Positions 45,627 to 56,569 of a stretch of 64,000 bases of DNA are shown here, piece after piece. Under the pieces are notes generated by a model, which saw nothing but the letters and a program-made list of their open reading frames with translations, was not told the origin of the DNA and searched no databases. How positions within the stretch are numbered: the stretch's first letter is position 1; each line of letters begins with the position of its first letter. Made by a program: the position numbers and the translations under genes. Origin of the DNA: an uncultured Flavobacteriaceae bacterium (lineage in GTDB: Bacteria > Bacteroidota > Bacteroidia > Flavobacteriales > Flavobacteriaceae); contig CANMSA010000007.1 of the NCBI GenBank assembly GCA_947500385.1, positions 116,929-180,928 on the forward strand, written 5' to 3'.

Positions 45627-46649
45627 TTAAAGGGCGTATTGTAACCCGATCGTCAGTGTTTCCTGATTTTTTAATTGAAAGCCTGTGAGATCTTGGTATA
45701 AGGGATAGCCAAATTCAAAACCAAAACGCAAGTTTTTAAGCCCCCCTGTAGGCAGGTAACAGTTGAACCCTAAACCACCATTTAGGATGCTTCCCCCGCT
45801 GTTGTTCGTATCGGCGGTAATGACCATCATGGGGTTGAGGTTGGGGTCTGCCCCGTCAATTTCGCCAACCCGAACCCCTTTTAAAGTGGCCCCCAAACTG
45901 AAACGATCGCCAAGCTTTAGACCAACCCATTGATTCAGGGCGTATCGATTTCCCAAGGTGTAGTTCCTATTGTTTTCACCAAGGCGGATCGTGCCCGATA
46001 CTTGAACCCCGTATGAAAGTATAGGCCCTTGAAACAAATAAGTGACCGCGAGCTGTGTATCGAACGTACCACTTCCAATTTGCATCGGATAGGGTAGTTC
46101 TACGTTATTTGGCGCAGAGGCCGGGGTGACATCTTCTTCCGATATACTTCCGGTCGGAAGGCTTACGCCTACTCTAGCATGTACTACTTGCTCCTTTTTG
46201 TTCCATAGTTTATACATCGCCGAGAGCGTAACATCTCCCAAACCGTTTGTTTTGGTGGTAAAAGTTCCGCCCATTCGGGTAATATGATCCATTGACATGC
46301 CGAGGTAGTGGAACATGGCCATTACTGTAAGGCGATCGCTAGGGGCGTACATGGTTCCCAGCATGTGCATGTTCATTGGCATTTGCGTAGGGGTCACTAT
46401 GTACTCTTCAAGAGCATTATCGAAAGATACATCGTTGCTACCTTGTTTTAACTCTTCCATGTTCATATACATGTAACGGTAAGAGAACATCCATTCCCCC
46501 TGGCCATGCATATGATCTCCCATTATCGAGATAGGGGCATGTCCGTCAGGTCTTCCGGCGGACCATTTTTCAGTGTTTTCGTCCATATTTTCTTGAGCGC
46601 ATAGCGCAATGCTGGCCATTACCAAAATGGCCGTGATATATTTTGTCAT
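45627..46649 (-). CDS. Outer-membrane beta-barrel 'transporter', probably metal-related
   Basis: Signal peptide, RPDGHAPISIMGDHMH, Met/His-rich segments and aromatic C-terminus. Confidence 0.75.
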   Translation of the reverse strand: MTKYITAILVMASIALCAQENMDENTEKWSAGRPDGHAPISIMGDHMHGQGEWMFSYRYMYMNMEELKQGSNDVSFDNALEEYIVTPTQMPMNMHMLGTMYAPSDRLTVMAMFHYLGMSMDHITRMGGTFTTKTNGLGDVTLSAMYKLWNKKEQVVHARVGVSLPTGSISEEDVTPASAPNNVELPYPMQIGSGTFDTQLAVTYLFQGPILSYGVQVSGTIRLGENNRNYTLGNRYALNQWVGLKLGDRFSLGATLKGVRVGEIDGADPNLNPMMVITADTNNSGGSILNGGLGFNCYLPTGGLKNLRFGFEFGYPLYQDLTGFQLKNQETLTIGLQYAL

Positions 46650-46722
46650 AATCGTTATAGTTTAAATAATAGGTACTGCTCCTCACCCTTTAAAAAAGAG
46701 GAGCGTAAAAAAGAAAAGAAAT

Positions 46723-47106
46723 CTAGGCTGCGCTGTTCGGAGGGTCAAGGTCGTTCCTAACAAACAGATAGGTATAATTAGCTTGATAGGTGAAATTGTT
46801 TGCTGTTCTTGGTGCGTTGTCTTTTGAACGGTTTAGATTGAGAATAGCTACAAAACCGATAGGGTACTCCTCCATGACAATGGGTGGCAAATTTTGTCTT
46901 TTTTCCTCGTGCTGTTCATTGAGTTTTTGCATCAAGTAACACTTCCCTTCACAAGCCAGTTCAGGCTTCTCCTTATTGATGCATAGAAATTCCGCTATGT
47001 AGTCTTGATGTACTACATATTCCAAAAGGGGCATTACCGGCCGTAGCATGGCCAGAAGATAGAGCAAAACAAAAAGCAACGCCCAGAACGATTTCAAGTA
47101 GCACAA
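46723..47106 (-). CDS. Hypothetical membrane protein
   Basis: N-terminal TM; YIAEFLCINK.KP.L.C.GKCYL motif common upstream of Bacteroidota metal-uptake OMPs. Confidence 0.8.
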   Translation of the reverse strand: MCYLKSFWALLFVLLYLLAMLRPVMPLLEYVVHQDYIAEFLCINKEKPELACEGKCYLMQKLNEQHEEKRQNLPPIVMEEYPIGFVAILNLNRSKDNAPRTANNFTYQANYTYLFVRNDLDPPNSAA

Positions 47107-47189
47107 TTTTTACAAAGGTAGTATAGGTTTTTGTAAGAGGGCTTTTTGAAACCCTAAAAAAGCATCACTTTTGCACAAAACTTTGTAGA

Positions 47190-48062
47190 TTGAACGATTA
47201 CCGGAAAAAGTGGCTCTACCTGTTCATCCTTGCATTGATTTGGGGCTCTTCTTTCATCCTGATCAAAAAATCACTTTTGGGAATGAAACCGCTTCAAGTG
47301 GGTGGGCTACGGATTGTTTTTGCTTCCTTATTTTTATTTCTTTTTGGGTTAAAGAGCATGCGGTCATTGACTCTGAGCGATTGGAAATGGTTGGGGATGG
47401 CCGGATTGCTGAGTAGTTTCTTTCCTCCTTTTTTGTTTGCGGTTGCGCAAACCGAGCTTGATAGTGGCATTACGGCTATCTTTAATTCAACAGTGCCCTT
47501 GATGACCACCTTGGTGGGTATTGTACTGTTTGGCCTTGTCATTACGAAAAAACAAACGGTCGGGGTATTTGTCGGCTTGTTTGGTACGGTGGCGCTCATT
47601 GTGGCGGGTATGGAACTTACCACCGATCAAAATTACTGGTATTCCCTTCTTATCCTAATCTCGGCTTTGGGATATGCCTTGAATATCAATATCATTAAAG
47701 CAAAACTGTCACATTTGAGTCCGCTGACCGTAACCACAGGAAGCTTTGGGGTCGCTTTTCTGCCCGCTTTGGGATTGGTGGCGTATTCCGGATTCTTCAA
47801 CGAAATAGGGGATAGCCCAAAAATGCTAACCGCCCTCTGGTATCTTTTGGCATTGGCAATTTTGGGAACGGCTATCGCCAACGTATTTTTTAACAATCTT
47901 ATCAAAGTTTCGAGCCCCGTTTTTGCAGCTTCCGTCACCTATCTGATTCCGTTGGTCGCGATTCTTTGGGGGGTTTGGGATGGTGAGCTCATAAATGTGT
48001 ATCAATTAATGGGGGGTCTTATTATTCTGTTGGGAGTCTGGTTGGTGAACAAGAAGAAGTGA
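47190..48062 (+). CDS. EamA/DMT family transporter
   Basis: 10 TM segments; LIWGSSF and SVTYLIP..A..WG. Confidence 0.92.
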   Translation: MNDYRKKWLYLFILALIWGSSFILIKKSLLGMKPLQVGGLRIVFASLFLFLFGLKSMRSLTLSDWKWLGMAGLLSSFFPPFLFAVAQTELDSGITAIFNSTVPLMTTLVGIVLFGLVITKKQTVGVFVGLFGTVALIVAGMELTTDQNYWYSLLILISALGYALNINIIKAKLSHLSPLTVTTGSFGVAFLPALGLVAYSGFFNEIGDSPKMLTALWYLLALAILGTAIANVFFNNLIKVSSPVFAASVTYLIPLVAILWGVWDGELINVYQLMGGLIILLGVWLVNKKK

Positions 48063-48192
48063 TAGCTCCCCGAGGCGGGTGCTATTCGTTTGAGACCCTG
48101 ATACCGTTTTTTTTTGCATTCGTTCGCATCAAACTGTAACAATTGCACTGTATGCGTATCTTTAAGTAAAATCAATCATAAAATAGTGCAAA

Positions 48193-48951
48193 ATGAAAAA
48201 AGTATTTTTAACAGGAATAATAATGTCGTTCATGGTTGCAGGGATACAAAACCTACAGGCGCAAGCAGTGGCCGTTTCGGTAAAATCGTTTGAAAAGGTA
48301 ATTGTGAGCCCGCATATAGAGGTAACCTTGAAAGAAGGGGACGAGGAATCGGTTGTGATCAATGATTCGAAAGTTTCAAAAGATAAGTTGAATTTTGAGG
48401 TAGAGGGCAAAACCTTGCGAGTATACCTCGATGACGCAAGGGTACTGACCAAGACTGAAAAAGTGAACAATCGTAACTACAAAGGGCGAAAGTCTATTTA
48501 CAATGGAACCATTGCCACCCTTACCATCACGTTCAAGAAACTAAAGAACCTTTCAGTGCGTGGTGAGGAGCGCATCCGAGTGGCAAGCGCTCTAAATCTC
48601 AAAGACATGAAGCTGAGTATTTACGGGGAATCAAAAGTATATTTTGACGACCTTACCGCTGAAGATTTAAGAGTGGCCATCTACGGGGAAAGCTATTTGG
48701 AAATTACAGATGGTTCTGTAAATCACCAAGTGTACCGGGCCTATGGTGAGAGTGAGGTGAATGCATCGGAAATACGCAACAAATCTACCAAGATTACCGC
48801 CTATGGCGAAAGCAATTTTAGGGTAAAAGTATCTGACCGTCTTAAGGTCACCTGTTTCGGGGAAGCTACGATTAACTACGCGGGCAGTCCGGAAGTAAGT
48901 AAGGGTATTGTGATCGGGGAAGCGGAAATTCGAAAAGTAAGCACGCTTTAG
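48193..48951 (+). CDS. DUF2807 / head GIN domain protein
   Basis: Signal peptide; repeated YGES beta-helix units. Confidence 0.85.
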   Translation: MKKVFLTGIIMSFMVAGIQNLQAQAVAVSVKSFEKVIVSPHIEVTLKEGDEESVVINDSKVSKDKLNFEVEGKTLRVYLDDARVLTKTEKVNNRNYKGRKSIYNGTIATLTITFKKLKNLSVRGEERIRVASALNLKDMKLSIYGESKVYFDDLTAEDLRVAIYGESYLEITDGSVNHQVYRAYGESEVNASEIRNKSTKITAYGESNFRVKVSDRLKVTCFGEATINYAGSPEVSKGIVIGEAEIRKVSTL

Positions 48952-49094
48952 TACACAAAAAAACATAGAAGCCGACTAGGGCTAAATTTTTTCGACCGGA
49001 AGTGGTTTCATTTAGAACCCGCTTCCGGTTTAACATTTATAATTGGGTAAGATGCAGTTAGTTACGTATCTTATAGGAACAATCACAAAATTTC

Positions 49095-49556
49095 TTGGAA
49101 ATGAAAAAGTTTACCCTTCCAATTCGCTTCGGAATCGCGGTCAGCGGTTCATTAATTGTTTATTTTTTGATGCTTTCGCTACTAGACTTACATACGAACA
49201 TCTTTTTTAGTTTGTTTAATGGTGTGATAACCGGTTTCGGCATCTATAAGGCCATACACTACTTTCGTCGCGAAGATCCCGAGGGTTTTGATTATGGGAA
49301 GGGCTTTTCAGTCGGCCTTGTTACCGGCTTTGTGGGAACCTTGATTTTTACAACTTTTTTTGCACTGTACTGTACCGAGATCAATCCCGAATTCATGAAA
49401 CAGATTTCAACGGCCTGGTTTAGTTCTTTTGAGCGTTTTGAGGCCATTTTATTCTTTACCGTTGCCGTCATGGGTTTTGCTACGACCCTGGTGTTGACGC
49501 TCTCTTTTATGCAGTTGTTCAAGGTGAGCAATAATTTGAACAAAAAATCAGCCTAA
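49095..49556 (+). CDS. DUF4199-like membrane protein
   Basis: 4 TM segments; Y.KGF.VG..TGF motif. Confidence 0.75.
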   Translation: MEMKKFTLPIRFGIAVSGSLIVYFLMLSLLDLHTNIFFSLFNGVITGFGIYKAIHYFRREDPEGFDYGKGFSVGLVTGFVGTLIFTTFFALYCTEINPEFMKQISTAWFSSFERFEAILFFTVAVMGFATTLVLTLSFMQLFKVSNNLNKKSA

Positions 49557-49654
49557 AAACCTGCAAAATCACTTGTAGATTCGGCATTTAGCAGTATATT
49601 TGCATCCGCTTATTGAAAACAGTAAGTGTTACTAATAAACTAATTATACACGCT

Positions 49655-50350
49655 ATGTATGCAATTGTAGAGATGGCAGGGCAGCAATTTAAAGTTGCGA
49701 AAGACCAAAAAGTGTATGTTCACCGTTTGCAAACGGAAGAAGGTAAAAAAGTCGTTTTTGACAATGTACTTCTTTTGGACGACGGCAAGAACGTTACTAT
49801 TGGCGCCCCAGCTATAGACGGTGCGGCCGTAGAGGCCAAAGTCGTTAAGCACCTTAGAGGTGACAAAGTAATCGTCTTCAAAAAGAAAAGACGTAAAGGT
49901 TACAAAAAGAAAAACGGACATCGCCAGTCTTTGACAGAAATCGTTATCGAGAGCATCGTGGCGAAGGGTGCCAAGAAAGCGGCCCCTGCAAAAGCGGCAA
50001 AACCAAAGGCTGAAAAACCAGCTCCGAAACCAAAGGCGGCAGCCAAACCTGCGGTAGAAAAAGCGGCTCCGGCCCCGGCGAAAAAGGCACCAGCCAAAAA
50101 AGCCAAAGCGGACGATTTGAAAAAAATCGAAGGAATAGGTCCTAAAATCGCTTCAACCTTGGTAGAAGCGGGGATTGAAACTTTTGCTAAATTGGCAAAG
50201 ACCGATGCTGCGAAAATTTCCGAAATCATCTCGGAAGTGCGTGGGAACCACGTAACCGACACTTGGCCGGCACAAGCTAAATTAGCTGCTGAAGGTAAGT
50301 GGGACGAGTTGAAAAAATGGCAAGATGAATTAGATGGTGGTAAAGCCTAA
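49655..50350 (+). CDS. rplU: 50S ribosomal protein L21 with C-terminal extension
   Basis: MYAIVE.AGQQFKV...KKKRRKGY.KKNGHRQ; Ala/Lys/Pro linker and DDLKKIEGIGPK HhH-like domain. Confidence 0.97.
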   Translation: MYAIVEMAGQQFKVAKDQKVYVHRLQTEEGKKVVFDNVLLLDDGKNVTIGAPAIDGAAVEAKVVKHLRGDKVIVFKKKRRKGYKKKNGHRQSLTEIVIESIVAKGAKKAAPAKAAKPKAEKPAPKPKAAAKPAVEKAAPAPAKKAPAKKAKADDLKKIEGIGPKIASTLVEAGIETFAKLAKTDAAKISEIISEVRGNHVTDTWPAQAKLAAEGKWDELKKWQDELDGGKA

Positions 50351-50392
50351 TCGCTTTATTGCACAAGTATAACAAGATAAAACCGTAACAAA

Positions 50393-50653
50393 ATGGCACA
50401 CAAAAAAGGTGTAGGTAGTTCTAAGAACGGTAGAGAATCAGAATCGAAACGCTTAGGAGTTAAGATTTTTGGCGGCCAAGCGGCCATCGCTGGTAATATT
50501 ATCGTACGACAACGTGGTACAAAACACAATCCAGGAGAGAATGTGTATGCCGGAAAAGACCATACTTTGCATGCAAAAGTTGATGGCCTTGTAAAGTTTG
50601 AAAAGAAAGCAGGAGGAAAATCCTATGTTTCTATCGAGCCTTTCGAAGCGTAA
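50393..50653 (+). CDS. rpmA: 50S ribosomal protein L27
   Basis: [24 protein letters not shown]. Confidence 0.98.
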   Translation: MAHKKGVGSSKNGRESESKRLGVKIFGGQAAIAGNIIVRQRGTKHNPGENVYAGKDHTLHAKVDGLVKFEKKAGGKSYVSIEPFEA

Positions 50654-50676
50654 TAGAATCACTTTCTGTACAGTTT

Positions 50677-50711
50677 AAAAGCCCCTTTCCAACGTTGGAA
50701 AGGGGCTTTTA
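50677..50711. terminator. Bidirectional intrinsic terminator
   Basis: aaaagcccctttccaac-gttggaaaggggctttt between convergent genes. Confidence 0.85.
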
Positions 50712-50718
50712 AATTGTA

Positions 50719-51264
50719 CTACTTTTCCAAAATGTCCCGAATGATCTTTAAATGATGCTCGGTGTGTATTTTGACAAAGCGCTTAGCCTGCCCCTTATCG
50801 AGCATTTTGAAATAGGGATGTTCAAAATGGGCCTTCTCATCGAGTCCTTCGATAGATCGTAGTTTTACGCGTGCCATTTCCAATTGCAGCAGCAGGTCCT
50901 CGGGGGTAATAATTGCAGGTGGTCGAACCGCTTTGGGAGATTGTGCCACTCCTCGAGGAATATACCCCAGGGTAAAACAGTAGAATCGGCTTGCACTAAA
51001 ACTGTGTTCAAAATTCTGGGGGTTCGAAACGGTAAGTGCGTCACAAATACTGTTCACTACCTTTAGGCTATGGTCTAAATGCCATGCTACAGGCACATGG
51101 GAAACCGCTTGATTACGGGCCGCTCGTTTTGGCAGATGCCTTTCGATCTCTAAGAGCGACTCCTCTAAAAACCCTGCACTATCTATGGAATTTTGTTGGT
51201 GCACCATATAACCGGTTATGGCTGCTAAAAGTACCACAAATCCCCATCTTCTTGAACGTCGCAT
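50719..51264 (-). CDS. DinB/DUF1569-like protein
   Basis: WHLDHSL...HPYF..L......FV.IHTEHHLKII; start uncertain. Confidence 0.75.
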   Translation of the reverse strand: MRRSRRWGFVVLLAAITGYMVHQQNSIDSAGFLEESLLEIERHLPKRAARNQAVSHVPVAWHLDHSLKVVNSICDALTVSNPQNFEHSFSASRFYCFTLGYIPRGVAQSPKAVRPPAIITPEDLLLQLEMARVKLRSIEGLDEKAHFEHPYFKMLDKGQAKRFVKIHTEHHLKIIRDILEK

Positions 51265-51436
51265 TATAAGATGCTCTTTAGATCGGTCTTTGGACCGGTG
51301 CTCCAGCCCCACCATAGTTTTGGTTTCATGCGACTTAATATTGAATCCGAAAGTGGATTTAGAAGGTGATCTAGCTCTGTGTTCGATTGTTTTGTATTCT
51401 TTTTAGTAACCTTGCTCATATCAAAATGCTTTAAGA

Positions 51437-53821
51437 TTAAAACTGAAAACGATAACCAAAATCCGGGAAGAACCCTATTTGGTCCACTTGATCTACATTG
51501 TTGGTCAAGCGGTTGTACTGGCGGGCAAAAACGTTCTCATTGGCAGTAACATTCTGTAAATCAAAATAAAACTGATGGGAGCGTTTTTTCTGCTTGCTAT
51601 TGAGTTTAATTCCAAACTTCAGATCCCAGCGAAAATATGGGTCATACTGCTGACTGTAGGCCTGGTCTTCGAAACGTACTTCAAAACCGGCTTGTTGGGA
51701 GGCTTCCAGGTTCACGGGGGTAAAATAACGCCCTCCGGCCGTCGTGAGTCGTGTATCAACAAAAAATACATTTTGTTGTGCTTTCCCGATTTTAAACTCT
51801 TTCCCGGCCAAGAGATTAACAACGTAACCATTGTTAAACGGGGAATTTCGTTCAATACCATCACTACCGCTGTACTTGCTATCAAAGAAAGAGCCGGTAA
51901 GTAAACCGTAATACCCTTTGTTAAAGAACCGCTCGAGGGTGAGCTCTATTCCTTGATTGTAGCCGGTACCTTCATTGACCAGTGAAACGCGATCGTTTTC
52001 GAAACCAAAATCGGCCCCTTCGGTCAATGTTGAGTAACTTGAGGAGAACGCTTCTACACCAGCGCGATCAATAGCTTGATAGTAGACTTCAATTTTACCC
52101 CGCCAGTTGTTGGATAATTTTACATCATATCCCAAAACATAATGGTTACTCCTTGTAAAATCGAGTTCCTTGTTGGTTTGTACCAATTGCCCGTTTACCT
52201 CTTCGTTTAAGAACAAGGTCGGCAATGGTAGTTGCTGTTGGTGCAGCCCATAGCCGAAATTTAAAGAATGGTTCGGTGCTAATTGGTAGGCGACCGCTGC
52301 TCTGGGTTCTAGCGCAAATTGGTCGTTGAGATTGCTGTATTGTGCATGAACACCGGCATTGAAAGTCAGTTTTTCGGTAATGCGAAACCGCCCTTGTACA
52401 TAGGGTTGAAAAAGCAAAACATTTTCATCGATATCTCGAAAGGTGAAAAAATCCGGATCACCGTCACCATCTAAATCCTGCTGTTCATTTCGGTCCCGTA
52501 GTAAACTCTCCACTTGAAAACTCTCAAGAAGTACCCCTACTCTCAAGGTAGCCTTGCTGCTAAGTTTCGAGTTGAACAAGGAGGAGAAAGTCAATCGGGT
52601 CTCCGTGTTTTCTGCTTCCGTGAATTGTATGATTCGTTCTTGAGGGGTATCTTTTTCAATAAATCGGTCTACATTAAAATCGTTACCGGAAAAAGAGCCG
52701 GCTACAAGGGTTCTTAAAAAAGAATTATCGCTTAAACCAATGTTATGCTTAAGGCCGACTACCCCAAAGCGAGATTCGGCAAGGGTGTTTTCATCTTCGG
52801 CCGAGAAAAGATCATCGGGATCAATATCATTTCCTAAAAATTCAATATCAGAGTTTCCAATGATTCCAAAAAGGGAAAAATTACCCAGCTTTCCTTTCCC
52901 GAAGTTTATGTTATAGGAAACGTCACTATAATTGGGAGTAGCAGAAGTACCTCCTGCTCCGATTCCAAGAATGCTAACCAGAGAATAGCGCCCTGCGACC
53001 AGAAAAGAACCGTTGTTTTTTCCCAATGGCCCTTCGGCCATCGCCTCAACACCTGTAAAAATGCCGGTTTGCAGTGTAAACTCATAATCATCCGAGTTTC
53101 CGTTTCGAAAACCGAGATCAAAAACCCCGCCCAAGGCATTTCCATATTCGGCAGGAAATGCCGATGTTAAAAAATCGGAGCTCTTTAACATGTTAGGGTT
53201 AAGGGCCGAAACTGGGCCGCCAGTGGTACCGGCCGTGGCAAAATGATTGGGGCTGGGGATCGGAATACCTTCCAGACGCCATAACAATCCTGTAGGGGAG
53301 TTCCCCCGTACAACAATATCGTTGCGACTATCGTCGGGAGAGGAAACACCGGCAAAATTGGCCGCTAAACGGCCCACATCACTTCGCCCTCCAGAAAACC
53401 GTGTTACCTCTTCCAGGCCAAATTGTCTGGTAGATACGGTGGCCATTTTGTTCAATGGTCGGTCTTTGTTCGTATTGCCCGTAAGTACCACTTCATCTAG
53501 TTGATTAAAGGCTTCGGTGAGCGCTACATTTAAGAAAACGTCTTTTCCCGATGTCACCTCAATATTCGGAATGGTAAACGACTCAAACCCAATATAGCTT
53601 ACACGAACCGCTTGACGCCCGACCGGAACATCATTTAGGATAAAACGACCGTTCTCATCGGTCACCACTCCTTTGGCTTCCGAGCTGTCTAACAATTCTA
53701 TTGTAGCCCCCAATAACGGACTTTCCGATTGTTTGTCAATGACCAACCCTTTCACCGTGCCGCTTTGTGCAAAAGCATTTAAACCAAGTAAGGCAAGGGC
53801 AAAAAAAAGTACTTTTTTCAT
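51437..53821 (-). CDS. TonB-dependent receptor with carboxypeptidase-like N-domain
   Basis: G.V.D......L.GA, RNDIVVRGNSP plug, PAEYGNALGGV and terminal YRFQF. Confidence 0.92.
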   Translation of the reverse strand: MKKVLFFALALLGLNAFAQSGTVKGLVIDKQSESPLLGATIELLDSSEAKGVVTDENGRFILNDVPVGRQAVRVSYIGFESFTIPNIEVTSGKDVFLNVALTEAFNQLDEVVLTGNTNKDRPLNKMATVSTRQFGLEEVTRFSGGRSDVGRLAANFAGVSSPDDSRNDIVVRGNSPTGLLWRLEGIPIPSPNHFATAGTTGGPVSALNPNMLKSSDFLTSAFPAEYGNALGGVFDLGFRNGNSDDYEFTLQTGIFTGVEAMAEGPLGKNNGSFLVAGRYSLVSILGIGAGGTSATPNYSDVSYNINFGKGKLGNFSLFGIIGNSDIEFLGNDIDPDDLFSAEDENTLAESRFGVVGLKHNIGLSDNSFLRTLVAGSFSGNDFNVDRFIEKDTPQERIIQFTEAENTETRLTFSSLFNSKLSSKATLRVGVLLESFQVESLLRDRNEQQDLDGDGDPDFFTFRDIDENVLLFQPYVQGRFRITEKLTFNAGVHAQYSNLNDQFALEPRAAVAYQLAPNHSLNFGYGLHQQQLPLPTLFLNEEVNGQLVQTNKELDFTRSNHYVLGYDVKLSNNWRGKIEVYYQAIDRAGVEAFSSSYSTLTEGADFGFENDRVSLVNEGTGYNQGIELTLERFFNKGYYGLLTGSFFDSKYSGSDGIERNSPFNNGYVVNLLAGKEFKIGKAQQNVFFVDTRLTTAGGRYFTPVNLEASQQAGFEVRFEDQAYSQQYDPYFRWDLKFGIKLNSKQKKRSHQFYFDLQNVTANENVFARQYNRLTNNVDQVDQIGFFPDFGYRFQF

Positions 53822-54059
53822 GATCCAGAATTTTTTAGATACTCAAAGATGTAGGGTTATACCCCGGTGTACAATGTTGAAGAAAGGGAAATGGGAATTG
53901 CCGTTTTGAACTGTTGTATTAGCGATTGAAACGAATGTGACGGGTTCATTGGCAATGTTTTCAGATCAGTGTCGATTCTTTACGGTTCAATGGCGAATAT
54001 GACAATACAAAGTTGGCGGATAGGTAAATTTGTTCACATTTACATACTTTTACCCTAGT

Positions 54060-55142
54060 ATGGATAAAATCATTAAAAATAAGGCGTTGCGGAAGTTCGG
54101 TTTTCGGCTATTGGTCGTGATGTTAATATTCTTTGGGGTAAAACTTACGATTGCGCATGATAACGAAGAGGGGCTGTTTAGCCCTGCTTCCCTGTTTTAT
54201 TTTGCCTCTGCCTTTTTGTTGGTGATCCATACATGGGAGGTGAACGATTGGCTTGTTAAGAGACAATTAAAAAAACCGAACGGGCTTGATATTCCGGGGA
54301 GTTTAACCGTAATAGCGGGTACTTTTGCTTTTTTGGCACCGGTTGCGGCAGGGGTTTACTACGTGGGCCTTTACCTATTGGATGATATATGCCAAATACC
54401 GGCAGCGGATAAGGGACTTCAGTTTAGAATCGATTGGTTACGGGCAATGCTACTTGGTTTCGGTATTATGGTATTTAATATTTTGTACTTTTCCGTGAAG
54501 CAGAAAAAAGACCTTGAGCAGCAAATGACCTTGTTGCAAAAAGAGGTGATGACTTCCAAATACAAATCCCTAAAGAACCAGATCAGTCCACATTTTTTAT
54601 TTAATAGTTTGAATACGCTTACCTCGTTAATGTATGAAGATCGCGATCTGGCGTCTGATTTTGTGACGCGCTTGGCATCGAGCTATCGCTATATTTTGGA
54701 CAATAAGGAAGAAGATGTCGTAAGCCTGGAGAAAGAACTGAATTTTCTCGATTCTTTTATCTTTATGATGAACGTACGTCATTCGGATGCTATTTCTATT
54801 GAAACGAATATTGGGGTACCCCCGTTGGAATATTGTATTCCTACCTTATCCTTACAGATGCTGGTCGAAAATGCCATGAAGCATAATTTTTTCTCAAAAG
54901 AACAACCCATGTATATTAAGGTATATACCGTTGGTAAAATAGCGCTGGTGGTTGAAAATACCTTGCGGAAACGAGAACCCCTGACCGAGACTACGCAACT
55001 GGGAATTGCCAACATTCAAAAACGGTATACCTTTTATACCAATCAAGAAGTGACTATTGAAGATGATAACGGCCTTTTTAAGGTAACCATGCCGCTTTTG
55101 CATAAAAAGGCGATGAATAGTCCCTTATTAACAGTCTCGTAA
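54060..55142 (+). CDS. LytS-type histidine kinase
   Basis: 4 TM segments; LKNQISPHFLFNSLN and LQMLVENAMKHN. Confidence 0.9.
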   Translation: MDKIIKNKALRKFGFRLLVVMLIFFGVKLTIAHDNEEGLFSPASLFYFASAFLLVIHTWEVNDWLVKRQLKKPNGLDIPGSLTVIAGTFAFLAPVAAGVYYVGLYLLDDICQIPAADKGLQFRIDWLRAMLLGFGIMVFNILYFSVKQKKDLEQQMTLLQKEVMTSKYKSLKNQISPHFLFNSLNTLTSLMYEDRDLASDFVTRLASSYRYILDNKEEDVVSLEKELNFLDSFIFMMNVRHSDAISIETNIGVPPLEYCIPTLSLQMLVENAMKHNFFSKEQPMYIKVYTVGKIALVVENTLRKREPLTETTQLGIANIQKRYTFYTNQEVTIEDDNGLFKVTMPLLHKKAMNSPLLTVS

Positions 55143-55162
55143 CCCTATAAACAGTCTAGAAG

Positions 55163-55921
55163 TTGAAAGCAGTCATAGTTGAAGATGAACACATTGCGTC
55201 GCGGCGGTTGGCACGACTTATTCAAGGGCTTGCCCCGGAAATTGAAGTGGTTGCCCAACTTACGTCGGTAGAAAGTGGTTTGAAGTGGTTCGGTGAGAAC
55301 ATGCTTCCGGATCTAATTTTTCTTGATATTCAGTTAAACGATGGTTACGGGTTTGATATTTTAGATCAATTGGAAGAACATCCCCCCATCATATTCACAA
55401 CGGCATATAATGAATATGCCATCAGGGGATTTAAATACAACGGGTTGGATTACCTCCTCAAACCCATAGATAAAAACGATTTGCGTACCGCCTTGAACAA
55501 ATTTCAGAAAACCGTTGACCGCGGATCCGAAGTCTGGGGAGATCAAAAGTTGGAGCAGATCCGTGATTTGTTCAAGAAAGAATACAAACATCGTTTTATG
55601 GTGAAGGTAGGGAATCAATTCAAGTCATTTAATGTGGGTGATATTGCCTATTTTAAATCGAACGAAGGACTCATTTTTCTGCATGCCCATAACGGAAAGT
55701 CTTTTCCGGTGGAGTATACCATCGATCAATTAGAGGAAATTTTGGATCCGGTACAGTTTTTCCGAATCAATCGAAAATTTATGATATCGGTAAAAGCGGT
55801 GGAAGAAATTCATAGTTATTTCAACAGCCGTTTGCTTTTAAAACTGCTTCCAAAAGAAGAAGAACAAGTAATCGTATCGCGCGAACGCACGGGAAATTTT
55901 AAACGTTGGTTGGATCTTTGA
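55163..55921 (+). CDS. LytTR-family response regulator
   Basis: FLDIQL.DG, DYLLKP, FFRINRK and VSRER motifs. Confidence 0.93.
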   Translation: MKAVIVEDEHIASRRLARLIQGLAPEIEVVAQLTSVESGLKWFGENMLPDLIFLDIQLNDGYGFDILDQLEEHPPIIFTTAYNEYAIRGFKYNGLDYLLKPIDKNDLRTALNKFQKTVDRGSEVWGDQKLEQIRDLFKKEYKHRFMVKVGNQFKSFNVGDIAYFKSNEGLIFLHAHNGKSFPVEYTIDQLEEILDPVQFFRINRKFMISVKAVEEIHSYFNSRLLLKLLPKEEEQVIVSRERTGNFKRWLDL

Positions 55922-55987
55922 ACTTATAGCACAAAATAAATTAAACAAACTGGTCTAATTTAATAGATCTTTTATATATTTGTTCCC

Positions 55988-56569
55988 ATGGGATACAAAT
56001 ACAACAAAGAGGATATACTTGACGTGGGGTATGATGTGCTACGCAGAAACGGGTATCACAGTGTTGGAATCAATCAAGTATTAAAGGAGTCGGGTATCCC
56101 CAAGGGCTCTTTTTATAATTTTTTCGAGTCAAAGGAAGACTTCGCGCGGCAAGTAATAGAACGGTATGGATGCTCTAACCTGACATGGATGCAAGGATTT
56201 TTTGAAGATAGCAAGCGTTCTCCCCTCGAATCATTGAAGGCGTTTTATGCGTATATGATCAAAGTAAATGAAGAAGATGCGTATTCAGGAGGATGCCTGG
56301 TGAATAACATGAGCATGGAGATTGGCCGTAACAACGATTTATTGGCCTCGGAGACGAACCAGCAATTTATAGGTTGGTTAAACGTATTGGCCGCGGTTGC
56401 ACAAAAGGGACAGGAGCAGGGAGAGATTACCAAAAAGTACTCGCCACTTGAATTGGCAGAATACCTGCATGCAGGATTCTATGGTACCTTGTCCCGAAGT
56501 AAGGTAACACGTTCCAGAGTTTACATGGATACTTGGTATGAGATGACTTTTGAATTCATCAGTGTATAA
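55988..56569 (+). CDS. TetR/NemR-like transcriptional regulator
   Basis: GY..VGINQVL...GIPKGSFYNFF.SKE and GGCLV.N. Confidence 0.92.
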   Translation: MGYKYNKEDILDVGYDVLRRNGYHSVGINQVLKESGIPKGSFYNFFESKEDFARQVIERYGCSNLTWMQGFFEDSKRSPLESLKAFYAYMIKVNEEDAYSGGCLVNNMSMEIGRNNDLLASETNQQFIGWLNVLAAVAQKGQEQGEITKKYSPLELAEYLHAGFYGTLSRSKVTRSRVYMDTWYEMTFEFISV

